From assembly GCA_036867785.1 (NCBI GenBank), contig CP145423.1:558001-622000 (forward strand): a stretch of DNA of 64,000 nucleotides, given 5' to 3'. The position numbers and the translations under genes were made by a program. Shown here in pieces: positions 34,481-46,376 of this stretch; the first letter of the stretch is position 1, and each line of letters opens with the position of its first letter. Under the pieces are notes generated by a model, which saw only the letters and a program-made list of their open reading frames with translations, did not search any database and was not told the DNA's origin. This stretch comes from Plasmodiophora brassicae. Taxonomy: Eukaryota.

Positions 34481-35194
34481 CTACATCGGCGGTTGTTTGC
34501 AGATAGGGCAGCTGATCGCCCAGCGGTCAATGCACGCCTTGTGGAACGTATGTCGCCGGGTGCAGTTCAGACGTCGCGCCAGCTTCCCGTTCATGTTGTC
34601 GAAACAGATCAGGCAGGGGTCGGCCTTCTTCCATACCGTCGCGGCCGGCAGCACGCCCAGCAGGTGACGCTTCGCATGGAACGCCAGGCAGGCCGCCCAG
34701 ATGTCCCGTGCGCTTCCCGACCCAGCGTCCCGAGACAGCTTCCTGGGGTACAGGTAGTCGCGAACAATCTCGTGGTGTGGGAACGTGCCCGGTGTCGCAG
34801 TCTCGAGCTGGCGCGCCCGTTCGGCGAGCTCCATCGGGGTTGGGCAGGCGGGGGCGCGACAGGCAGATCGACCAGCCATGCACAGCGCAGCGCGAACCAA
34901 CAGGACGGCAAGCACCTGGGCGGGCACGAGCAACTTCTGAAAGTCGGACGTGCTCCAGGACAGCGCCGCTAGGCTGATCAGGATCGGCGCGGTGACGGCT
35001 GTGGCATAGGACAGCACTGGCAAGCGCTGACGCGACCGCACTTGCCCCATGGGCAACGGCGACGTCGACGGGTCCTCTGGCGTACTTGCCCGGCCAGTGG
35101 GCGACGCTGTCGTCAGGTTGTCGCCGGCGCCGTGGGCGACGGCCACGATGACGCTGATGGCAATGCAGGTCGCCAGAGCGGATACGCCCACCAT
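34481..35194 (-). CDS. Signal peptide + TM + RING-H2 E3 ligase, paralogue 3
   Basis: CLICFDNMNGKLARRLNCTRRHTFHKACIDRWAISCPIC; PGTFPHHEIV motif shared with paralogues. Confidence 0.85.
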   Translation of the reverse strand: MVGVSALATCIAISVIVAVAHGAGDNLTTASPTGRASTPEDPSTSPLPMGQVRSRQRLPVLSYATAVTAPILISLAALSWSTSDFQKLLVPAQVLAVLLVRAALCMAGRSACRAPACPTPMELAERARQLETATPGTFPHHEIVRDYLYPRKLSRDAGSGSARDIWAACLAFHAKRHLLGVLPAATVWKKADPCLICFDNMNGKLARRLNCTRRHTFHKACIDRWAISCPICKQPPM

Positions 35195-35555
35195 GAGCGA
35201 AACGATTGCTGATTGCGTGGCGCACTGCCTGCTGCTTGCGCCCGTCAGCACGCCTGCCAGACGACGACGACGCGTCCAAGGCTGCACCGGAAATAGCGGT
35301 CACCCGTCAAGCACTTCGTCAATCGTCAGCCTGTCAAAATCAGGGCGCGGCAGTCGTCGGGTCGGCCATCTGGTGAGCCCGGGTCGGCCATCTGGTGCAT
35401 CCGGGTCGGCCATCCGGGTGCGTCCGTGGCGACCTGGTTGAAGGCGAACCACGCCGCTCCGGGGACGGTAACCTGTCGCCCTGCGCCACTGTGGTGCCCC
35501 TGTTCGTTTCAGCGGCCGACCACCCTCGCAGCCATTCCAGAATGCATATGTATAT

Positions 35556-36347
35556 TCAGAGAGAGTTGAGTTTCAGCAGCACTGATCGTCGCTTGCATTC
35601 AGGGCAGGTTGTCGGTCGCCGGTCAATGCAGGTCATGTGGAACACGTGCCCGTCGTCACAGGCCAAGCGCCTGACCATTGTCCCGGCCATGGTCCCCAGG
35701 CAGATCGGGCACGGATGATCGTCGTCGGACAAGGTCGCATTCGGCAGGACACCCAGCAGGTGGCGTTCCGCCTGACACGCTAAACGAGCAGCCCAGGAGC
35801 CGAGCGAGGCCAACGCCCGGTTCGGGGACCCGGCGAAACCAGACAGCGCCCTGTAGCGAAGAAAGTGCTTCACCACCGTATCGTGTGGGAGCGATCCCGG
35901 CGATGCCTCCTTGAGCTGGTATGTGCGCTCGGCGAGTCGAACCAGGTGCAAAGCGTGGGCGTTCGCTTGGGCAATCATGCGGAATTTGGGTGCGACGACT
36001 ACAGGGACGTATCCGATAGCGCAGACGAGGGTCAGCAGGGTCACAGTGACGACAATGCGATATAACAGGTCGCGATCGACACAGGACGGTGCAATTAGAG
36101 GGCTGACCAGCGTAAGCGCTATAAACCAAGTGAGCATCCGGACGCGACGCTCCAGCATGCGAATGAACGCCTCCGACAATTGCCAATCGATGACGTTCAG
36201 GTACGACAGGTCGATAGGTGGCGGCGCTGCAAATGCAACCGAACCAGGCATAGGTAGCACCTCGCCCGTGACGTTGCTGGCGCCGTGGACGGCCACGCCA
36301 ACTACGCCGATGGCGATGCACGTCCTCAGGACGAGCTGGCCCACCAT
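35556..36347 (-). CDS. Signal peptide + 2 TM + RING-H2 E3 ligase, paralogue 4
   Basis: CPICLGTMAGTMVRRLACDDGHVFHMTCIDRRPTTCPEC; GYVPVVVAP and PGSLPHD motifs shared with paralogue 1. Confidence 0.85.
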   Translation of the reverse strand: MVGQLVLRTCIAIGVVGVAVHGASNVTGEVLPMPGSVAFAAPPPIDLSYLNVIDWQLSEAFIRMLERRVRMLTWFIALTLVSPLIAPSCVDRDLLYRIVVTVTLLTLVCAIGYVPVVVAPKFRMIAQANAHALHLVRLAERTYQLKEASPGSLPHDTVVKHFLRYRALSGFAGSPNRALASLGSWAARLACQAERHLLGVLPNATLSDDDHPCPICLGTMAGTMVRRLACDDGHVFHMTCIDRRPTTCPECKRRSVLLKLNSL

Positions 36348-37064
36348 CGACAGGTGGGTTGGCAACCGGAAATGCGCGCGGCGCAGACTCGCTGCGGATC
36401 GGAGCACCGAATCATCGCACCCAGCAACACCAGCGCCTCCTGTGTGCGCACACATGGCGCAACAGTTGGATTACTCAGCGGTCAGTCGCCGTCACTGGAT
36501 CGTGGCGTCCGCCCCTCCGCCCAATGATTCTGCGGGTGACCGTCGCCATTGGCGCCAGTTGTCGACCTGCGATGTTCACGGCCTCAGACCGCCATGGCTA
36601 CGATGCAACCACTCCCGCTCGTCAGAGCAAACCCAGCATACCGCTCAGTGGAGAGCGCGCCTATTATCGTTCCCAATAACAACCGAGTCGCATCGAGGGG
36701 CGTCAGCGGGAAGAATGCACGCAAAGGTTGGCGCCATGTGCGAAGCCAGCGAACACACAGTGATCGCTACCGGGTCGAAGACGTCGCGACGGATCCAGGC
36801 TGGCGTACGGTGATGAAATCGCGAGAACAAGTAGGCGACTGTGCCGACGACGATACAGGCCATTGCAGTAAAGTGCGCCGAGGAGCACCTCGTGGGGCGA
36901 ACGTGCACAGGTCACAGGCTGGAGAACGATTGCCCAGCTCGAACTTACATTTAAACAAACGTCTGGCGAGTCCCGTCAGTGCGTCTCATATGGGGAAGAC
37001 TGAGAGTTACGGTACGGCACTAATACATTGGAAGCATCCACGTCTGAACGACCAATGACGACCA

Positions 37065-39133
37065 TTACAGTTGCCATTCAATAGGGTCTGCGCCGCGTTC
37101 TTTGAGGAACGCGTTCGCACGGGAGAAGTGCCGGCACCCAAAGAACCCCCTTGAGGCAGATAGACCAGATGGGTGGGCGCATTTCAACACGAGAAACCTC
37201 GGATCATTGAGGCTGACGCCAAGACTGGAGACCTTCTTCTGAGCGAACTGTCCCCACAGCATGAACACAATGGGGTCCTTGGAGGTCCTGGTGACGACAG
37301 CCTTCAGGATGGCATCGGTGAACGTACTCCAGCCGAAATCTTTGTGGCTATTCGCTTCGCTTTTCCGGACCGTCAGCGAGGCATTGAGTAGCAGCACCCC
37401 CTAGGACCGAGGCGCGGTGAGAGACCGCAGTCACACGCCTCATCTGAGATACCCGTTCAGCCCAAGGGACGAGGTTGCCGCTGTCGGGAGCTTTGAATCC
37501 CGGAATGTCCGACTGCAACTCCTTGAAGATATTGTACAGGCTTGATGGGATCGCAACGCCTTTCGGTACGGAGAAGGAAAGACCTTCCGCTTGACCGGGC
37601 CCGTGATAAGGGTCCTGTCCGACGATGACAACCCGAACCTGGGTAGGTGGTCGCTTTAGAAGGTGGATGAAGCAATGGCATAACGCGAGAAACCTTATCG
37701 AGCGGGGTAAGCTGCAATGCCCGGTACACCATCTCAGAGGGAGGGAACACGGTTGCCCCCCGCTCTATTTCAACAGCCTAAACACGACTCAGGTCGAGTA
37801 TTCCGGCGTTGATACGAACACGGCACCGACGAGGGATTTTTGCAGGTTCTGGAAGTACGGCTTCCTGAATTCAGCTGCGAGCGCTTGCGACCAGGACGAG
37901 CCCAAGTCTACATTGGCGTACCCGCTGGCGGGAGCAGGTGCACTCTTTGGAGGTGGGGCGGCTTGCCGAGAGAAGAACGACATTAGACTCTGCTGTTTCG
38001 GCTTGATATTCGCGACTTTCTTGGTCGGTTTAGAAGGGGCCGCCGCCGCGCCTGCCTTCGACACCTGAACGCTTGTCTCCACCATCACGGTTTTGTCTTC
38101 GACAACTGCGGGCGTGGATGAGCCAACGAAGCGCAACTAGACCAGTAGATATGTACCGACCTAGGTACTTGCCCTTCTTGTACGTTTCCTGGACAGTGTT
38201 CTTGACGAGTTTCCGCACCGTCGAGTCAACCGGAGCCGCGTCTTCCTTGGCGGGCGACTCTTGGGCAGCAGCAGGCGGCAGCACAGGATCTTCTTCCATA
38301 CTGTCCTCCTTCCTGGCGTCGTCATCGTTCCGGACATCGTCAGGCGGGTCGTCAGCCATATTGCTTTCACCGTCGTCAAACGGATCGTCAACGGGACCAT
38401 CACGTTCATCCTCATCATCATCGTCCTCGTCGTCATCATCAGAAGACTGATTGGCGAGCATCGACGGAACCCTGTTCGCCGACGACGACTTTGACTTCGC
38501 GACGGCAACCCCCTTCTTCGAGGCGACCGGCGGCGCGGTGCCATTGGCCTTTGGCTTCTGCGCCGTCTCCTTTTTCACAACCGAACCTCGAGACAGGAAC
38601 GCCCTCATAGCAGCGCTCTCCTCCTTTGCCTTCTTCGGTGCCGGGGCCGGTTTCGCAGGCTCATCGGGCTTACGCTTGGGCATCGGGGCGGACGCAGCAG
38701 GTGGCGCAACGGGGACAGGCGCCGATGCTGTCCGTTCAATCGCCGCGGACGGTTGTATGACCGGGTCATGGGGCTGTGCAGCCTGCAACGCACTCGCCTG
38801 GCGCTGGGTCAGCGCGCGCAGGTCGCGATCGGCAGGTGATGACCCCTCAATTCGTGGCTCGACGCCATACACCTGAGCGCTGACGATCCTCCCAGGTAGG
38901 CCGCCCAGTGCGCTGTCGCCAACCAGGACAACGTTCAGCATCCCGGTCGTGTCGTCGACGACGCTGACCGCCACGGTCGCCGCGACGCGCGCCACCTGAT
39001 CCACCGCGAACTGCGTCAGGGCCCTCCTCGCCACCGACACACGGACCGCCGCCGATCGCGCCAGCCCCATCACCGACATCGGCCTCGACTCGTCAAGCAC
39101 GGCCGACGACAGCAACGACAGACAGGCGTCCAT
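37065..39133 (-). CDS. DNA polymerase delta subunit 3 (POLD3/Pol32/Cdc27)-like protein fused in frame to family-1 uracil-DNA glycosylase
   Basis: N-terminal POLD3-like winged-helix region ([16 protein letters not shown]...ARRALTQF...VVLV...SAQVYGVEP), charged linker, [18 protein letters not shown] across intron 38106-38160, and PIP box QQSLMSFF (37972-37995). With no stop, this runs into [54 protein letters not shown]. Confidence 0.85.
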
Positions 39134-39319
39134 CGATTGCCCGACCGATATCCCGAATGAGCAACTGCACGGCGCGCGCACCGGCCCCGTCGTCCCTCCA
39201 AAAAACGAGGGCCAAACGCACCGTCGAGTTGTACGCGATTTTTGGGGGCAGAAACGGTCGACTGGTGCAATTCCCCAGCGACGAACGCCCCCTCAACCGC
39301 ACATGCTGAATATACATGG

Positions 39320-40253
39320 CTATGTGCATTGGCAGTCGAGTGACCAGTGGATGGGATCGGCGTGGCGGGATGTGAGGAAATTGTTGGCGCGCGAGAAGTG
39401 CTGGCAGCCGAGGAAGCCGCGGTGGGCGGACAGGCCGGACGGGTGTGCACGTGTCAGGACTAGGAACCGGGGTTGCTTCCGCAGGGGCAGGTCCAGGGCG
39501 GCGACCTTCGCCTGGGCGTGCCGGCCCCACAGCATGAACACGGCCGGGCTCTCCGCGTCCCGTTCGACAACGGCCTTGAGGATCGCGTCCGTGAACCGGG
39601 ACCACCCGAGGTCTTTATGGCTGCCCGGCTCGTTAGCACGTACGGTCAAAGTCGCGTTCAATAACAGGACGCCCTATGACTGGGTTGAGTCGCGCGAAAA
39701 GGCACCCCGTCCTGGTCTGACACCAACCTGCATCGCCCAGGGCGTCAGGCTGCCGTTCGTCGGGTGGACCTTGAAGTTCGGGATATCCTTCGTCAGCTCC
39801 TGGAAGATGTTCTTCAGGCCGGACGGGAACGGGACGCTCGCGGGGACGGAAAAGGCCAACCCGTCGGCCTGCCCGGCGCCCGGGTAGGGGTCCTGGCCGA
39901 CGATCACTACGCGTACGCGTTCCAGCGGCGTCAACCGCAGGCAGCGGTAGACCAGGGCGGCCGGCGGGTAGACCTTGGCGCCGTGTTTCCCTTCATCGGC
40001 CTGGAACAACCGTCCCCGTCAGATGCCACTCGTCGACCCCGTCACGACACGCGTGCACCAGTGCGCGCTGCACGTCCTGGAAGTAGGGCATGGCGACCTG
40101 GGGCACCAGCGCCCTGTACCACCCCGGGCCGACCTGCTCCTCAGTGAAATCGGCGTACGCCTTGCAGAACGTGGTCGCAGGCGCCACCGCGTCGCTCAGC
40201 GATCGCGGGACGACGCCCGGCCGCGGCACGCGCCGCCAAGAACGGCTGATCAT
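39320..40253 (-). CDS. UNG: Second uracil-DNA glycosylase, probably mitochondrial; multi-exon
   Basis: Arg/Ser-rich N-terminus MISRSWRRVPRPGVVPRSLS. Motifs [31 protein letters not shown] and HPSGLSAHRGF. Confidence 0.9.
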
Positions 40254-40320
40254 GGCGGAATGGGCGTTGGACACGGTTGTGTGGCCGGGCTGCGCTCGAT
40301 AATACTCGCTGTCGTCTGTG

Positions 40321-40623
40321 ATGGAGGCGCAGCAGCAGCAGCAGGGCGAGTCATCGCCGGTGGACGGCGCGCACCGTCGCCAGGGGTCGCTGGTGGAGTT
40401 CCACGACCCGGGCGAGGCGTCCCAGGGGTACCTGGGATGGAAGTACAACGGCCTGGCATCGGTCGCGAACTTCGCCCACGGCGACACGTTCTGGGACGCG
40501 GCCGATGCCAAGGCGCCCGAGCACGATGCGCCTGCGGACGCACCGCCGTCGTCGCCGGCGACGAAGAAGAAGAAGGCGGCCAAGAAGGGGAAGGCGGCCG
40601 GGGAACACTCGACGTCGTCGTGA
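40321..40623 (+). CDS. Small hypothetical protein with Lys-rich tail
   Basis: ATG ORF divergent from the second UNG, strong GC3 codon bias, KKKKAAKKGK tail. Confidence 0.5.
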   Translation: MEAQQQQQGESSPVDGAHRRQGSLVEFHDPGEASQGYLGWKYNGLASVANFAHGDTFWDAADAKAPEHDAPADAPPSSPATKKKKAAKKGKAAGEHSTSS

Positions 40624-40635
40624 ACCTGTTGCTGC

Positions 40636-41189
40636 TCAATAGATGCCGTACAGGCCTGCTGTCTTGAGCCACATGGTCGATGTGGGGATCGGAACGGCGG
40701 TCCCCGCCGGGTCCGGTGCAGGGCAGGTCGGCCTCGGAAGCCACAGCGCTAGGCCGTTGATCTCGACGCGGACCAGGGCGTGGTCGGCGACGCTGGCCTC
40801 GGCGGCAGCGACCAGAGCGTTCCGGTGCCAGGTGCGAACGGCACGCGCCGCGTCGAGCCGGCGAAACGATCGCGCTAGATGGCGCCCGGCCCAGCGCAGA
40901 CGGTGCCGACGGCGCCACCGCCGCAGGTACCGTCGTAGGCGGCCGTGGACGACCCGAAGCGCGGCCCGGAAGCGGCGGCGCCGCGCGACGACGAGCGACC
41001 TCCAGGACGACATCGCCGAGCGCAGCGACCCGGATCGAGACGCCATGCGCCGGGCGACCTTCCTGATGGCCAGGTCCATGCCGGCGAAGCTGAACGACCG
41101 GGGCGTCAGTGGGCGCGCGTGCAGACCGCTGGTTGGCGCAGTCGTCCTACTCGACGTTGTCGTCGTCGGGGCAGTCGCTCGACGTCATG
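40636..41189 (-). CDS. Hypothetical Arg/Trp-rich helical protein (Sfi1-repeat-like)
   Basis: Exon MTSSDCPDDDNV splices in frame to DFAGMDLAIRKV... with periodic W motifs (AMSSWR, YLRRWR, AVRTWH). Confidence 0.4.
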
Positions 41190-41345
41190 CTCGGCCTGGT
41201 CGACGTGTTCGTGTGACGATCCACACGAAGCAACCGGGAGGCGGTTGGATGGATGAACAGCCGGGTGCGGGTTCCTGTGTGCTTTATAGTGTTATTTAAA
41301 CATCGGGTGGATCTATAATACGCGCGAGCGCGCGCGCGCCCGGGC

Positions 41346-44300
41346 TCACTCGACGACAGCGTCGACGGCATCGGGCAGAGCGTAGCCGATCGCAGACCGG
41401 GGCGACTTGTCGCTGACGGGCGAGGTCGCGCCTGAGCCGTGCGGCAGGTGCCGGCGGCCGCCGCCGTCGTCCGCCTCGCCGTCGGGGAACACGTCGTCCC
41501 GCAACTCGGGGACGTACGGCGCCAGGGTCGACCAGGTCAGGTCCCACAGCTTGTCGTCGAACCCGTCCGGGTCGGCGTGCACGACGCGCAGCGCGTTCTT
41601 CAGCGACTCGGTGACCGTTTCCGACAGCAGCGACTGCCCCGACTCCAGGCTGACGAACCGGCCCAGCGACGTCAGGACGGCCGCCCAGAGCTCCTCGAAC
41701 TGCGGCCGGTCCAGCCGTCGGATAACGGGCAGGCACGACAGGAACAGGCGGCAGACGAAGGACGAGACGGCACAGCGGCACTTCGACAGGTAGTGGGACG
41801 ACGATCGCGTCTCGGACAGGACCCGCATCATGGGCACGATGACCCGGTGGAAGACGTTCGCCCACGCGTCGGGAGGGAACTCGCGGGCCTCGGCCGACAG
41901 CAGGATCTGCTGGAGCGTCACCAGCGAATGCTCCCGCAGGCTGAACTTCTCGCTTGTGCAGACCACGATCCGGAGCGCGTCCAGGACCGACAGACGCAGC
42001 GCCTCCTGGTCGACCGGGAGCTCTGGCGCGGCGTCGTCCGCGCCCTGATCAGGAGCGGCAGCTGTGGGTTCGACCGAGGCGCCGTCGTCAGCGCTGGCCG
42101 CTCGACGGGGGCCATGCGCCGCAAGACCATCGATTCGGCTGTGCAGCAGCAGGAAGTACTCCACAGCACGGAGACGATCCGATACGGTGCCCATCTTGGA
42201 CTGGGCGAACTGGAGATCGACGCGGACGACCGTTTCGAACGTGTCGGCGGAAACGCCATCACAGGTGCGATCGGACAGGATCAGCGCGAGCGTCTCGAAC
42301 GCCGGGCTGTACGTGTGCGACGACGACGCGCAGCGCCTCAGCAGACTCAGGACGATTTTCCAGGCGCGCGCGTTCGGAATGATGGACGAGTTCGCCTGCA
42401 GGATGTGCAGAAGCCCGTTGGCGACCTGCACGGTTGTCAGCCACCGGTTCCAGATATGTAGGACCCTTCGAGGAGGCGCTGACCTGCTGCCCGATACGAT
42501 GGTTGGGATGCCGGACGACGTCGAACTGTGCACAGGTCTCCAGAACGGACACGACGGGCAGGTCGGGACTGTCCAGTGGCAGCAGCTTGAGGCACATCTG
42601 CAGGATGGCAACGCAAACGGCCTCGGCCATGGCGTCTGAAACGGTCAGGGCTTCGACGGTCGCCTTAGGGTGGAGGGTCAGCTCAGCGACATGGCGCAGC
42701 GCCCCTTCCGGATGGCTGCCGGGTTCGTCAGCAGCCATCATCTGCGACTGCAGCAGCCGCTGGAGATGTTCGGCAACGCGAGGCCAGACAAGCTGAGCGC
42801 GATCCCGATTCCGAACGACGACATTGCTCAGGAGCTGCAAGTAAAAGACAGATTGCTTGATGGCAAGCGCAACGTCCTCCTCGAACTTGGGCGCGTAGTG
42901 GTCGACGTCCGACTCGGGTTTGTGTGTCAGGCTCGTCAACGCGTCAACCAATGCATTGAGCGACTCTGCAGGCAGGTAAGCAGTGTCCGCCAATGATTCC
43001 TCGACATGGAGCCCTTCACAGAAGGCGCGGGCATGGTCTCGCGCGGCGTCCAGGCGCGTGGCAACGGACTCGGCATCAGACTGTGCAGGAATCAGCGAAA
43101 CGTGCGTGCGTTCGTGAAACGCGCACATGCCTGATCGCCTGATGCCATCAGGAAGCTCTGAACGGAGCTAAATAGCGACTGGAACGATATGGGCTTCGTG
43201 ACGTAATCGTCGAAGGCAAGATGCCGACGTAGTTCTTTGGCATCTTCTGTACAATACAGTTTAGACGAAACGTGTGTGCACTTGCAGGAATCCCGTACGG
43301 TGGCAGAAATCATCCAGGGCCGACATTGAGGGGGGCAGCAATCCCAGCCTGAGCAGTTGGAAGAGGACCGTCAGCCAACTGCCCCAGGACGTCGACATGC
43401 ATTCCGCGAGGAATGGCCGGAAGGCGAGTCTAACGGCCCGCTGTGCCTGCGACTGGGGCTCCCCCAATGCCAACACGACGTCCTCTAAGTGCAGCGTCAC
43501 GTCAAGCAGCCCTGTGCCAACCGTCAGTACGGGCAAGGGGTGAACCGTATGTCGCCAGGGTACCGGATATTTCACAGCCAAAGCTCACGACGCTGTCGAC
43601 GGCGGCGCTGCAGCGGTACTTGCATCCCAATGAGCCAACCATCTCCAAGGCATTGACGCAGAGGTCGAGAACCACGTTCTATGGCAGGAGACGGTTCAGC
43701 CAGGAAACGCGTTGGTGGGCGACACCACAACGTACCGTGTGGCTTAGGCCATACAGCACACAGACAGAACGCAAGATCGGTTGCCAGATTTCCCCAAACA
43801 GTTCAGCATCGAGCTGCGATCCGTGATAGATGCAATACCTGAGGCGTCGCCAAGCTTAGTGGAACCGGGCACAGGCGACCAGCAAACAGCGCCTACGATC
43901 TGCCCCAGTCGGAGTTGGACCGAGCGATCAGCTCCGACCACAGGCTTCGCGAGATCTCGCCTCCCGGTCCCGGGCTGGATATCTTCAGCTCCTCGCAGAC
44001 AATCGACTGGTACAAATCCTGCAGGAATTCCACAGAGAAGCTTTCGCCGTCGTTGATCCCGCGAACGTTCCGCATAAACTGGTCAAACGTCATCTTCTGT
44101 TTGATGCCATCGTTGTGGGCGTCCTAGCAGCGCGCATATCAGTTCAGCAAACAGCTGGCTAACGGAAAGCGCCGTACAGTGTTCAGCATGATCAGCGCGA
44201 ACGTCAAGATGTGCACAACGTCGGCGTTGGCGAAATCTCTCGAGTTGTGGTCGAAGTAGTGCAGGGAGAACGACTGGACAATGCGATCGATCTGCTGGGC

Positions 44301-46046
44301 CTCGACGGGCAGCCTGAAACCCTCGAGGCAGATCCTCAGCGCCTCGACAACGGTCTTGGCACGAAAGTCGAACAAGGAGATGAAGGCATCGCGCACCTCG
44401 CAGGATAACGGTTTGTGGCCACCCAGGAATTCGCCCAGCACCTGCTTATCAACGACGGGTGTCTGAAACAGCAGCCGGGCCAACCCGTTGGCGTCGTGCC
44501 CGGATTCAATCAGGCCATTCGCTTCGAATGCCGCAATGCCCGCCTTCGGCTTCGCGTTGAACGCCGACACGCACTCGAACAGGATGGATTTCCGCGATCG
44601 CGTCGCCCGAAGCGATTCGACATCGAGGGAACCGTCGGCGCCCGGCGCTTTCGCGAACGAATCCAGGACGGCAAACAGGCAGCGCGCCGCAAGGACATGG
44701 TTGCCCGTCGGCGACGCTGATTCAGCGGGGAACGCGGCTGCGCACAGAAACCGGACGACATTGCTGAAGACGTTCGTGGCGCGCAGGCAGCAATCGTAGT
44801 TGATGAACAGTTCCCGGTAGACGCCCGGCAGGCGGGCTAGATCCGCTAGGCTCTCCAGCACAATCTCCTGGACTTCGGGCGGCGCCTCCGACTTGCCCAA
44901 GAAGACGGTGTTGACAAGGACCTCGATCTGAACCTTGAAGTGCGCGCGAAGGTTCGAAACGATGACGAAGGCGATGCGAACGACGAGGGCGACGACCGAC
45001 GTCACCTGCGATCGTGCGTTCTGCAGAAGGAACGCGCAGACGTCGTCCTGGATCAGGCACAGCAACGACCTGTCCTGGGCCAGGTCGTTGCCGCCGTGCA
45101 CGATCGCCTCCAGGATCAAGTGCAGGACGAGTTCGACGGTGCGGACGTTGCCGGTGGTACGCTGCGACGCAGCACGACCCATGGCGACCAGGTTGCCGAG
45201 GACCTTCACCATGCAGGCCACCCCGAACCGCTGCTCGATGTGTGGCGTATTGGTGGAATGCGCACGGTCCAGGACGTCGTCGTTGCCCGCGACCGCGGCG
45301 GCCACGCGCGCGAACACGACCCTGACCATTTCGAAGAGCGAGTGCCGGGCGCGGTCGCCGAGCAGCTGAGAGTACTCGGGCGGGCGCATCTGACGGTTGA
45401 TCCGGAAACAGGTCTGGACCATTTCCCAGACGGTCGTGTCCGACAGGTACGCGGCGTGCTCGACGGCGAGGCACGCCAGGTGCACCTGCAGGATCTGCAT
45501 GAGGACCAGCTCGTCGTGGCCGGCATCGGTCGCCTCGAACCGGCAGTGCGTGCCCGCGTCGGCGATGTCGGCGACGGCGGCGGCCGCATGCGCCGACGCC
45601 GCCGCGAACATGCCCGATGTCAGGAATCGGTACAGCGACGACAGGGCGGCGCCCGTGATCGGCCCGCTGGTCTCCTCCGAACGAATGGCGGCCACGAACG
45701 GACGGATCAACTCCAACCTGTCGAACTCGTCGCCGATGCCTGAGACGAACCATGAACGACAGCAGTGCAACGCAGGGCAGCGTACCCCGCATACCGTCTG
45801 TATTGTCGAGCGACCATCTAAGGTTCTGGAAGCTCTGCATCAGCCACGGTTCCTCGACGTACGCGCCATCCTGCACGCCCCCCCGCGTTCAGTACGAGCC
45901 GGGCGAGCGTCGCGCGCGCGGAGCCGTACCGTCGAGCGCCACCGGCGATTCTGTCGCATGACGCGCATCACCTCGAGCGTCTCGCCGACGACCAGGTCGT
46001 GGTGCAGGCGGCAGCGGCGCCGCGCGGCGTCGTCCGCCATGGCCAT
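41346..46046 (-). CDS. GBF1: Large Sec7-domain ARF guanine exchange factor, GBF1/GNOM type; multi-exon
   Basis: DCB region (PFVAAIRSEETSGPITGAALSS, HCRFEATD), HUS box (ELFINYDC) and Sec7 domain (FNAKPKAGI, LGEFLG, FRLPVEAQQIDRI, IMLNT|DAHN, RGINDG). Confidence 0.92.
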
Positions 46047-46376
46047 GGGGCCCCGGCGACGGCGATGCTTTGCGGCAGAGAGCGAGACGTGCGCCTGGGC
46101 CGCGCGCCTTCCTCGTCGCTGCGCGGGCCGCAGACCCGCGGGCGTCGTCGTCCCCAAAAATACGCCGCCGCCGTCGGCGCCACGTTACGCGACGCGGTGC
46201 CGGTCCGTCGTGCAGCGACGACGAGTCGACCGAGGGGGGCTGCTGGCGTCCGATACAGCCGTCCGATTCCTCGTGCACGACCGATTGGACTGGCTCGGGC
46301 GAACTGTGTGCTCCTGGGAACACGGAAACTACCGTGATATCGCTCGACCTACGTAGTGAATGGTGCGATGTAGAGA

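Noticed and set aside
36645-36908. Possible fifth member of the SP-TM-RING cluster
   Set aside because: Only a vague hydrophobic similarity, with no shared family motifs or RING.
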